Positions 18,641-26,531 of a DNA stretch of 64,000 bases are shown here, in pieces. The translations under genes and the position numbers were made by a program. Source of the stretch: Pseudomonadota bacterium. GTDB lineage: Bacteria > Pseudomonadota > Alphaproteobacteria > Caulobacterales > Caulobacteraceae. Each line of letters starts with the position of its first letter. Within the stretch, counting starts at the first letter, position 1. The stretch is from the NCBI GenBank assembly GCA_023390245.1, contig JAEWDF010000080.1, positions 7,182 to 71,181 on the forward strand, given 5' to 3'. The notes beneath the pieces are model-generated. The model saw nothing but the letters and a program-made list of their open reading frames with translations. It did no database searches and was not told the origin of the DNA.

Positions 18641-19975
18641 GTGACGATCGAAGTCAAGGATGCGGCGGCTATCGAAGCTCTCTGGTCCCACTATGAGGCG
18701 GCCATGAACGCCTTGATGGTCAGCCCACGCACTGGTGGTGACATCGCGTTGCCTACGGAAGTCGACGAACGCGGTCAATTATTGTCGTTCGCATTGCACG
18801 ATCCGCAGGTCGCCCTGGTCTGGGGGAAGGAACTTGCCTATTCGCAAATGGAAGTCTGGCAACCTTACATAGGCCTAAGCCATCGTCGGTTCGTTGCTTT
18901 TGCTCGGGCGCTAAAACGAGAAGGCCAACTTCCCAATCTTCCTAAAACACCTGCTTATGCGACCCAGAACGGGTTCAAGATCGGCGCGTTCGGACACGCC
19001 GCCCCCTCTCTGAAAACGTTCATCTACATTACCGACAAGGATGAAAATCTTGGCTTTTTGAGAGCCTTTCCAAAGGCGGTGCATGTCTGCGGTCATCATG
19101 GCGATTCGGATAAGCATTCCAGCTTCAGCCGCCTGCCCTCCGCCTACGACTTTATGTTGGTGGCCGATGCAAATTCGATGAACCGGTATCTGAGAGCTGG
19201 TATTCAGATCGAAACCGATCGCATGATCCCGATCGGCAACACGGTCGTGAAAGGCGCAGCCTTTAGCGAAGAGGCCAGCGCCTTTTCACGTCTTCTGTAC
19301 GCGCCAACGTTCGAAGGTTACAGCGAGCAGGCCAATTTTAGTTCAATGGGTCGCGCCTTTGATCAACTGTCGGAATGGGCGCGGAGCGATGGCAACGAGG
19401 CCGTGATCCGAGCGCATCCAGGATTGGGCAAGCGAGTGCAGGATTTCAGGAAAAAGGTAACCGCCTTTCCAAATTCTCCGGAGGCGGCAGGACTAAGAAG
19501 AAAACATCATCAGTTCAATTGGTCCGACTACCTCATCGCCGATATTTCCGGCGTCACATCGGAATATCTTTTTACAGGCAAGCCGATCATCATTCCCGTG
19601 GCAAAAACACCAGAATGGCTGTGGTCTTACACGTTAGGCCTCAACCTGAGGGATTACGCCTATCTTTGGAACTACGAAGAACTTTCTCTCGCAAACTTCA
19701 TCGCAACCATCCGCCACGATCCATTGAAGGAAGCTCGCCTTCGTCGCCGCGATGAATTGTATGCAGGAGTGCGCACGTTCAAGCAATCGAGCAAATTGTT
19801 CGAAGGATCCCTAAGCTATTTTGAACATTGCCATCGTTGGCGTGAGTTGCGTCATGGCGGTCACCCTTTTCCTTCCTCGCGTAGGCCGCTGAGCGCCTCT
19901 CCTCGCCCAACGTCTTCGGAATTGGGCGCGCTGGTCGAAACATTGATCAGCGGTGAGACGACATTGCGGGCATGA
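18641..19975 (+). CDS. TagF-like CDP-alditol:poly(alditol-phosphate) phosphotransferase (Glyphos_transf family), paralogue 1
   Basis: CGHHGDSDK, LLYAPTFEGY, IRAHPGLG and LIADISGVTSEYLFTGKPIIIPV match the TagF-family pattern. The GTG start follows AGAGGGA. Confidence 0.75.
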   Translation: MTIEVKDAAAIEALWSHYEAAMNALMVSPRTGGDIALPTEVDERGQLLSFALHDPQVALVWGKELAYSQMEVWQPYIGLSHRRFVAFARALKREGQLPNLPKTPAYATQNGFKIGAFGHAAPSLKTFIYITDKDENLGFLRAFPKAVHVCGHHGDSDKHSSFSRLPSAYDFMLVADANSMNRYLRAGIQIETDRMIPIGNTVVKGAAFSEEASAFSRLLYAPTFEGYSEQANFSSMGRAFDQLSEWARSDGNEAVIRAHPGLGKRVQDFRKKVTAFPNSPEAAGLRRKHHQFNWSDYLIADISGVTSEYLFTGKPIIIPVAKTPEWLWSYTLGLNLRDYAYLWNYEELSLANFIATIRHDPLKEARLRRRDELYAGVRTFKQSSKLFEGSLSYFEHCHRWRELRHGGHPFPSSRRPLSASPRPTSSELGALVETLISGETTLRA

Positions 19976-20082
19976 CGCAATTTTGACAGCACCACGACAC
20001 CTTGATTAGGCATTCAACATGGAACGGCTCACGAGATAGCCGTCTTAAGAATTGAAGCTGCGCCGAGCGCACGGGGATAAAA

Positions 20083-21435
20083 TTGCAAATGACCATTGGA
20101 GTGATCTTGGCTGGCGGGCGTGGACTGCGTTTTGGTCAGAGCAAACCAAAGCAATTCACGCCTTTGGCGGGCCGTCCTGTCATGGATTACGCGATCGAAG
20201 CCTTTGCTGGACACCCTGATATCGCTGAGATCTTCGTCACCTATCCCGAAGGCTTCCGTGACGAGACGGAACGGTTGGTGGCTCCATATCGACGCTTCAA
20301 GCCCATCAATCTCGTGCAGGGAGGAACTTCGCGCCCGGCTTCGACGCGAGCCGCGCTGGACGCCATAGGCATGACAAGCCGATCCAAGATTCTCTTCCAC
20401 GACGGCGTCCGCCCTTTTGTGACTGCGGACATCATAAGTAGAACGATCGCGGCCCTGGACACTAGCGACGGTGCGGATGTCGTCATACAGACGGCGGATA
20501 CAATCGTGCAGTTGGACGAGGCGCAAAAGCAACTCGACAACATCCCGCAGCGCGCGCAACTCCGACGCGGGCAGACTCCTCAGGGCTTCTGGTCCGATAC
20601 TCTGGGGGAAGCCTATGCATCCATGTCGGACGAAGTTCTCGGACGCTTCACCGATGACTGCGGCGTACTCTTGGCGCATAAGGCGGACGCTAGGATTGCA
20701 GCGGTGGAGGGTTCGGAACGAAACATCAAGATCACCCATCCGGTCGACATGTTCCTGGCGGAGCAGTTGCTCTACCTTGGTCAGAGCCAACGCTCCTCGA
20801 TAGAGAAGACCTATGAGGAGCCCGTAGCCGTGATCCTAGGCGATACATCGGGCCTCGGCCTTGTCGTCCGCGAGCGGCTGGAAGATTTGGGGTGGCGCGT
20901 CTTCGGCGCCTCTCGCTCCAGCGGTGTGGATGTTCGCGATCAGGGCGCCTTAGATCAACGCTTGAAGGCGATCGCCAAGGAAGCGGGCAAGATAGATTTG
21001 GTCGCCAACTTCGCCGGTACGCTTCATGTTGGCCGCCTTGATTCTACGGACTTCGGCGCCATCGACGAGATGATCGCCACCAATCTCATGGGATCGATCC
21101 ATGTGGCGCGAGCGGCCTATGAGCATCTCGTTCACTCTGGCGGCCATCTGATGCTGTGTTCGTCCAGCAGCTATTTCCGCGGCCGTCGCGACACGGCTGC
21201 CTATTCCGCATCCAAGGCGGCCGTTGTGAACCTGACCCAAGCGCTTGCTGAGGAATGGGCCGATGACGGCGTGACCGTGACCTGCGTCGTGCCTCGTCGA
21301 GCGGATACGCCGATGCGGCAGAGGGCTTTCCCCAATGAGGATCCTGCCTTGCGCATGAAGCCGGAGCGCATGGCGGAAGCCGTGGAGGAACTTTTACGCC
21401 ATCCTCAGAACGGCCTGATCAAACACGTGAATTGA
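20083..21435 (+). CDS. Bifunctional IspD/TarI-like cytidylyltransferase plus SDR reductase (CDP-ribitol synthase type, Bcs1/TarIJ-like)
   Basis: N-terminal half: ILAGGRGLRFGQSKPKQF, HDGVRPF, GQTPQGF, TDDCG, NIKITHPVD. C-terminal half: GDTSGLG Rossmann motif and the YSASK catalytic motif. Confidence 0.85.
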   Translation: MQMTIGVILAGGRGLRFGQSKPKQFTPLAGRPVMDYAIEAFAGHPDIAEIFVTYPEGFRDETERLVAPYRRFKPINLVQGGTSRPASTRAALDAIGMTSRSKILFHDGVRPFVTADIISRTIAALDTSDGADVVIQTADTIVQLDEAQKQLDNIPQRAQLRRGQTPQGFWSDTLGEAYASMSDEVLGRFTDDCGVLLAHKADARIAAVEGSERNIKITHPVDMFLAEQLLYLGQSQRSSIEKTYEEPVAVILGDTSGLGLVVRERLEDLGWRVFGASRSSGVDVRDQGALDQRLKAIAKEAGKIDLVANFAGTLHVGRLDSTDFGAIDEMIATNLMGSIHVARAAYEHLVHSGGHLMLCSSSSYFRGRRDTAAYSASKAAVVNLTQALAEEWADDGVTVTCVVPRRADTPMRQRAFPNEDPALRMKPERMAEAVEELLRHPQNGLIKHVN

Positions 21436-21450
21436 GAAAAGCAGCCGATC

Positions 21451-22740
21451 GTGAAATTCCTTTTCAGGCCGCGACGCCTGTTCAACATTGTAGAAAAGCT
21501 TCGCGCCAGCCAGGGGGAAGCCAATCGCTTGTTGCGGCAGGCCAATGTCGAACTCACCATCGCTCGACGAGAGATCGCCACCGCCAGAACGCAGATCAAC
21601 GCGCTCAAGGGCAAGCTCAAAAACCCCGCGCAACGTCCGGGTCTCGAACTGGCGCTCAAGTCTTCGATCTTGGCCGAAGCGCCGGCCATCCTGCACGTCA
21701 GCGACGGCCTGGGTTCGGAATTCCATATCGATCTGTGGTTGCAGCACCTTCGCGAGGCATTAGGCCAGCATGTCGTTGTCGTCGTCCGGGTGGCGGCGCT
21801 GTTCGATGCCATCAAGGCCCGCCCCGATGTTGATTGCATCTTCGTCCGGGATGGTCGCGACGCCGAAAACCTCGCGGCGCAATGCCCCAAGCTGAAGGCG
21901 ATCTTCTACGCCTCGAACACTGGGACGGTGATTCACTTCATTCGCCTGAATCACCTGACGCACGTCTTCCTGGGACATGGGGACAGCGAGAAGGCCGCAA
22001 GTTGCCACCGCTTCTTCCGCGTCTATGACGAAGTCTGGACGGCGGGCCAAGCGCACATTGATCGGTTCACCGCCTCCGGGCTGGACTTCTTAGGCCTGAA
22101 CTTCCGCGTCGTGGGCCGGCCCATGTTACGCGGATTGCTGAAGGAGCGCCCGACTGCGGCGACGGGACGATTCCTCTACCTTCCCACATGGGAGGGCTAT
22201 CAGGACTCCCAGAACTATTCGTCGCTGCCATGCGCACCGGCCCTGCTCGAGAGGGTCGCCGATCTCACCGACCGCTTCCCCGTGGTGAAGTTTCACCCGC
22301 TGACCGGCACGCAGAAGAAGGAGCCGCCGTACCGCGAGGCGACCCTTAAGACCTGTTTCCTGGAAAGTGAGATCGACATCCGTCCACGAAGCCAAGCCAT
22401 CGCCGGTATCATCCATGAAGTGGACTTCCTGATCAGCGACATCTCCAGCGTCATCACGGATTTCCTTGCGACGCTAAAGCCGATCTTCGTCTTTATCCCG
22501 ACCGAGGCCCGCATCCGCCTGTCGGCCTCGCAAATGCCCTACGACGCCTACGCCTACCTCTTCTCCACGGACGAGGAACTCGCCGCACTGGTCGAGCAGG
22601 TCGTTGTGCAAGGCCGCGACGATCTCGCCGAGGCGCGCCGGAAGGCGCTGGATTATTTCATTGACGTCGAGGCGACCGTTACGGATCAATTCGGTCGAGA
22701 ATTAAAGCGTCTTTGCCTAGCTCAAGACCCATTGATGTAA
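21451..22740 (+). CDS. TagF-like phosphotransferase, paralogue 2
   Basis: LGHGDSEK, FLYLPTWEGY, VKFHPLTG and LISDISSVITDFLATLKPIFVFIP parallel the motifs of 18641-19975. Confidence 0.75.
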   Translation: MKFLFRPRRLFNIVEKLRASQGEANRLLRQANVELTIARREIATARTQINALKGKLKNPAQRPGLELALKSSILAEAPAILHVSDGLGSEFHIDLWLQHLREALGQHVVVVVRVAALFDAIKARPDVDCIFVRDGRDAENLAAQCPKLKAIFYASNTGTVIHFIRLNHLTHVFLGHGDSEKAASCHRFFRVYDEVWTAGQAHIDRFTASGLDFLGLNFRVVGRPMLRGLLKERPTAATGRFLYLPTWEGYQDSQNYSSLPCAPALLERVADLTDRFPVVKFHPLTGTQKKEPPYREATLKTCFLESEIDIRPRSQAIAGIIHEVDFLISDISSVITDFLATLKPIFVFIPTEARIRLSASQMPYDAYAYLFSTDEELAALVEQVVVQGRDDLAEARRKALDYFIDVEATVTDQFGRELKRLCLAQDPLM

Positions 22741-22747
22741 GGCGCAC

Positions 22748-23560
22748 TGACGTGACCCCCTGAAACTCCTCCAGGAATAGCTAGAGTCCGCCCCTCGAAA
22801 GGACGGACAGAATGAAGCGATCAAGGTTCACGGAAGAGCAGATCATCGGTATCCTGCGGGAGCAGGAGACCGGCGTGGCGACGGCGGAGGTGTGCCGACG
22901 CCACGGAGTCAGCTCGGCGACCATTTTACAAACGGAAGGGTAAGTTCGGCGGGCTCGACGTGTCGGAGGCTCGGCGGCTGAAGACGCTCGAGGATGAGAA
23001 CGCCCGGCTGAAGCGGATGCTGGCGGACGCGATGTTGGACAACGTGGCGCTGACCTGCTGGGAAAAAAGTGGTGGCGCCCGCCGGCTATCGCAAGGCGGC
23101 TGGTCATGTGCAGGCCGCCTACGAGATAAGCGAACGGCGGGCGTGCCATCGTCAGCGACAGGGGCACGGAATACACCTCCAACGCGGCCCTGGCTTGGGC
23201 CGACGACACCGGCGTCGGCTGGCATTGCATTGCGCCGGGCAAGCCCCAGCAGAACGGATTCAACGAGAGCTTCACCGGGCGGCTGCGCGACGAACTGTTG
23301 AACGAGACGTTGTTCCGATCCCTGCCGCACGCCCCGCGGTGTTGAGGCCTGGCGGCGTGATTACAACAAGTAGCGTCCGCACTCGAAGCTCGGATGGCTG
23401 ACGCCTCAGGCTTACGCAGAAGCGCTCACCGGACAGATCGGCCGGTCCGCTGCGCTGGTTGCAGGCTGCGCTGACCGATCTCTTGCCAACCCCGATAATC
23501 ACGGCTCAGATCAACCCAGGACTCTCGTTTTTGGCTGGATGAGAAACGGGGGTCACGTCA
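22748..23560 (+). mobile_element. Decayed, internally deleted IS3-family (IS407-like) insertion sequence with its terminal inverted repeats retained
   Basis: IRL is TGACGTGACCCCC at 22748-22760. IRR is GGGGGTCACGTCA at 23548-23560, a 13/13 reverse complement. The fragments in between are OrfA (MKRSRFTEEQIIGILREQETGV...) and OrfB. Confidence 0.85.
22812..23545 (+). pseudogene. IS3-family transposase orfAB remnant with a frameshift, an internal deletion and premature stops
   Basis: OrfA stops after ...SSATILQTEG and then continues in another frame (KFGGLDVSEARRLKTLEDENARLKRMLADAMLDNVAL). OrfB keeps only its N-terminus ([17 protein letters not shown]) and its C-terminus ([51 protein letters not shown]; [18 protein letters not shown]). 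The end coordinate is approximate. Confidence 0.8.
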
Positions 23561-23606
23561 GTCACGTCACTTGATTTCGGCCGTGGCGCGTGGCCATGTC
23601 GCAGGC

Positions 23607-24644
23607 ATGAGAAATCCGTATTCCGGCCTGCCTCCCGAACGATTTTGGCGCACGGGCGTCAGTGAGCAGCATCCGCTTAGCATAACGGGCCTATACCGTA
23701 AGAAGTTCACTATTGACCCCGAGGCAAAGATCGCCACTGGTGGTAGCTGCTTCGCCCAGCACATTGGCGGCCATCTGCGCGCAGCAGGCTATCACGTGAT
23801 GGATGTCGAGCCGGCTCCTTCCTCAATGAGTGACGACACCGCTCGCAAATACGGATATCGAATCTATTCCGCTCGCTACGCGAACATCTATTTAGCACAA
23901 CAACTCCTTCAGATCGCGCGCGAGGCCTATGGCGAGTTCGAGACGCCAGCGCCGGTTTGGGAAAAGGACGGACGCTTCTTCGACGCCATGCGTCCCTCGG
24001 TTGAGCCTGAGGGCCTATCCAGCCCGGACGAAGTCATGGCGCATCGTTCCCAGCACTTGGCGGCGGTTCGCCGAATGCTTGAGGCGATGAACCTATTCAT
24101 CTTCACGTTCGGCTTAACCGAAGGATGGACGGATAGAAAAACCGGTGCGGTTTACGCTACGGCGCCAGGCGCGATCGCAGGCAGTTACGATCCCAAGCAG
24201 CATGTTTTTAAGAACTACAGGGCGTCGGAGATTCGCGAGGCGTTCCTGGCGTTTAGGACGCTGGTCCATCGGACCAATCCGGGTGCCAAGTTCCTTGTCA
24301 CCGTTTCGCCAGTGCCACTAACGGCCACCGCCAGCCAGGACCATGTGCTTTCAGCCACGACCTACTCAAAGTCGGTTCTTCGCGCCGTCGCTGGAGAGTT
24401 GGCCGAAGATTTCGACGACATCGATTACTTCCCTTCCTACGAATTGATCGCCTCGCCCTTTTCTCGCGGCTTCTTCTATTCACCTAACCTGCGCACCGTG
24501 GAGCAGCAGGGCGTCGAGACAGTGATGCGCAACTTCTTTCAGCAGCATCCTCGACTGGAGGCCAAACCCGCAGCAAACGCTAAGCGTGGGCCGTCGAACG
24601 ATGATATCGTCTGTGAAGAAGCTATGTTGGAGGCGTTCTCATGA
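23607..24644 (+). CDS. GSCFA-family protein (SGNH-hydrolase-like, function unknown)
   Basis: The eponymous motif is IATGGSCFAQHIG. The family-typical N-terminus is MRNPYSGLPPERFW, so I prefer the start at 23607 over the one at 23571. Confidence 0.8.
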   Translation: MRNPYSGLPPERFWRTGVSEQHPLSITGLYRKKFTIDPEAKIATGGSCFAQHIGGHLRAAGYHVMDVEPAPSSMSDDTARKYGYRIYSARYANIYLAQQLLQIAREAYGEFETPAPVWEKDGRFFDAMRPSVEPEGLSSPDEVMAHRSQHLAAVRRMLEAMNLFIFTFGLTEGWTDRKTGAVYATAPGAIAGSYDPKQHVFKNYRASEIREAFLAFRTLVHRTNPGAKFLVTVSPVPLTATASQDHVLSATTYSKSVLRAVAGELAEDFDDIDYFPSYELIASPFSRGFFYSPNLRTVEQQGVETVMRNFFQQHPRLEAKPAANAKRGPSNDDIVCEEAMLEAFS

Positions 24645-25444
24645 AGGTCGCAATCCTGGCGAATTCGCACGTTCACATGCTCAAGCACGCCATCGATCAA
24701 CGCGCGCCGAGTTGGTCTCCGACCTTATTCGCGGCCCCCGCTCGGGGTCTATACAGCCTCAGGCGGCTTCCGAAGCGGCAAGGACTTTTCACACGCAAGG
24801 CGGAACTCTCCAAATGGTTGGCGCGAACCTCCGGCGGCCTAACGGAGATTCGGTATGACGAGTATGACAGCTTCGCCATCGTCGGATTAGCGTTACGCAC
24901 TCATGGCGCATTGCGGCTATTCGATCGATACCAACCTCACCGTTTCCGACTCGACAAGAGCGCTTCATTGATTTCGGAATCTGCCTTTCGCGAAGCTGCA
25001 AAGTCCGAACTCGAACGATCGGCCGGCTACCGAATGATGCGCCTGCTCTCCAATCAGAAGCAGCCGGTTGTTGTGGTTCCGGCGCCATTTCCTCACCACG
25101 CGATCATGGAGCGCAGCGGATACCAATGGATGAAGCACGACGATGGCACAGCAGCCATCTGGATAAATGGCGTGATAGAGAGCGCCATCAAGGATTTGGC
25201 GCACCCGTTCGGATATAAAGTTCTTTCACAGCCCGCCGAGACGATTTCTTCACTTGGGCTGACAAAGCCGGAATACGGCGTCGGAGCGAAGCGGATCACT
25301 GGAGGCGAGTACGGAGAGCAGGATATTTCCCACATGGGACCAGTCTATGGCCACATCGTTCTGAACCAAATCGGGGATGCGCTTGGAGCCAAGACGTCTG
25401 CCAACGCTGAAAAGATTGGAAGTGCTGCATCAGCACCGCTGTGA
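24641..25444 (+). CDS. Hypothetical protein (267 aa), translationally coupled to the GSCFA gene
   Basis: There is an ATGA overlap with the upstream stop. The N-terminus KVAILANSHVHML and the late DISHMGPVYGH faintly resemble SGNH blocks I and V, but this is weak. Confidence 0.55.
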   Translation: MKVAILANSHVHMLKHAIDQRAPSWSPTLFAAPARGLYSLRRLPKRQGLFTRKAELSKWLARTSGGLTEIRYDEYDSFAIVGLALRTHGALRLFDRYQPHRFRLDKSASLISESAFREAAKSELERSAGYRMMRLLSNQKQPVVVVPAPFPHHAIMERSGYQWMKHDDGTAAIWINGVIESAIKDLAHPFGYKVLSQPAETISSLGLTKPEYGVGAKRITGGEYGEQDISHMGPVYGHIVLNQIGDALGAKTSANAEKIGSAASAPL

Positions 25445-26277
25445 GGAGACTGCCCGTGGATAGCATTGTTCAAACCGTTCGACCGCGAGAATGCCTTGAG
25501 GCGGAGGATGTGCAGCGTCGCTGCCCGATCTGCGAAAATGACGATCAGTCTCGATTCGTGGTTCAGGTGAACCAGGGCAAGCCGGGGATGACCCAACTCG
25601 GTCGACACGAAGTCTTTATGTGCAAGGTCTGCCGCTTCCTTCACAACCCGGGCAATGTCGAGAAGGATCTGAACGAAATAGACCACACTTCCGGTCGGGT
25701 TGGTCGCGAGGACAAGCCAGGTCGAGAGTACGCCTTCGCTGCTCGGGCGTTGGAAATCCTACGTCCCAAAAGACCTCTTGACGCTCTGGTGTTCGGTCCG
25801 GGCGTATCTCTGGACCACGCTCATATCGGAGATCACCCGTCGGTCGCCAGTTCAAGCGTGGCAGATATCCGCAATTATCAGGGCCTGGATAATTTCCTCG
25901 ACATCCGGGCGGGCAATCCGGACCAAAGAAAGTTCGATCTCGTCATCGCCTCCGAGGTGATTGAGCATTTCGAGGATCCGGTCGGTCACTATGGCAGTCT
26001 TCTGGACTACGTCTCTGATGATGGCATGTGCATCGCCGGCACGAACTTCGTTGCAGGAATGCCTGTGACCCGCCTGATCTATCCCTACACCGCAGGACAT
26101 AGCTGCATGTGGTCGGAGGGAAGCATTCACCTCGCGACCGCTAAGCACGGGTTTAAGTCAGTAATCTTTTTGTCTACCATCGGTGGCACGCGAAAGCGCA
26201 TAATCGTCAGCACGAAGTCGCTAAGGCTCTATGCCAAATTGCTGACCTTGTTCGAGCGGAAAAAGGTGTTCCTCTAG
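25441..26277 (+). CDS. Class I SAM-dependent methyltransferase with an N-terminal Cys4 zinc-ribbon
   Basis: The zinc-ribbon is CPICEND...CKVCRF. Motif I is ALVFGPGVS. Then comes FDLVIASEVIEHFEDP. The gene overlaps the upstream gene by 4 nt. Confidence 0.75.
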   Translation: MRRLPVDSIVQTVRPRECLEAEDVQRRCPICENDDQSRFVVQVNQGKPGMTQLGRHEVFMCKVCRFLHNPGNVEKDLNEIDHTSGRVGREDKPGREYAFAARALEILRPKRPLDALVFGPGVSLDHAHIGDHPSVASSSVADIRNYQGLDNFLDIRAGNPDQRKFDLVIASEVIEHFEDPVGHYGSLLDYVSDDGMCIAGTNFVAGMPVTRLIYPYTAGHSCMWSEGSIHLATAKHGFKSVIFLSTIGGTRKRIIVSTKSLRLYAKLLTLFERKKVFL

Positions 26278-26339
26278 CTTCAGAGCATCGCCTTCGCCGG
26301 CCAAAGAACTCGGATACCGGTTTGCTCATCAGCCGCCGA

Positions 26340-26388
26340 GCACCAGTGCCAAAGTCGGTCTCACCAAGACCGACTTTGGCACTGGTGC
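26340..26388. repeat. Perfect hairpin/palindrome with a 22-bp stem and a 5-nt loop
   Basis: GCACCAGTGCCAAAGTCGGTCT-CACCA-AGACCGACTTTGGCACTGGTGC. The arms are exact reverse complements. It lies 63 nt after the methyltransferase stop, at the low-GC to high-GC junction. No clear U-tract follows it. Confidence 0.9.
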
Positions 26389-26531
26389 TTCCAAGTTGGG
26401 CGACGACACCTATGGGAGGAGCACGTCTCTCCAGTGAATGGGACCTTCGGGAATGTCATGATGGATGTGACCGGTCGGAATTTCGCGGATCCTTAAAATT
26501 CCACCTTCGGCCTTCGTGCTATCCAGCTCCG

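Noticed and set aside
17449-18657. A 402-aa minus-strand ORF
   Set aside because: It is antisense to kpsF, which has SIS and CBS motifs.
22781-23502. Minus-strand ORFs across the IS remnant (22781-23275, 22926-23330, 23272-23502)
   Set aside because: The plus strand carries recognisable IS3 OrfA and OrfB fragments. The minus-strand frames are by-products.
26322-26531. The first 70 codons of track ORF 26322-27851
   Set aside because: This start would translate straight through the 22-bp-stem hairpin and the AT-richer junction. The Met at 26532 is a more credible start for the GT2 gene.
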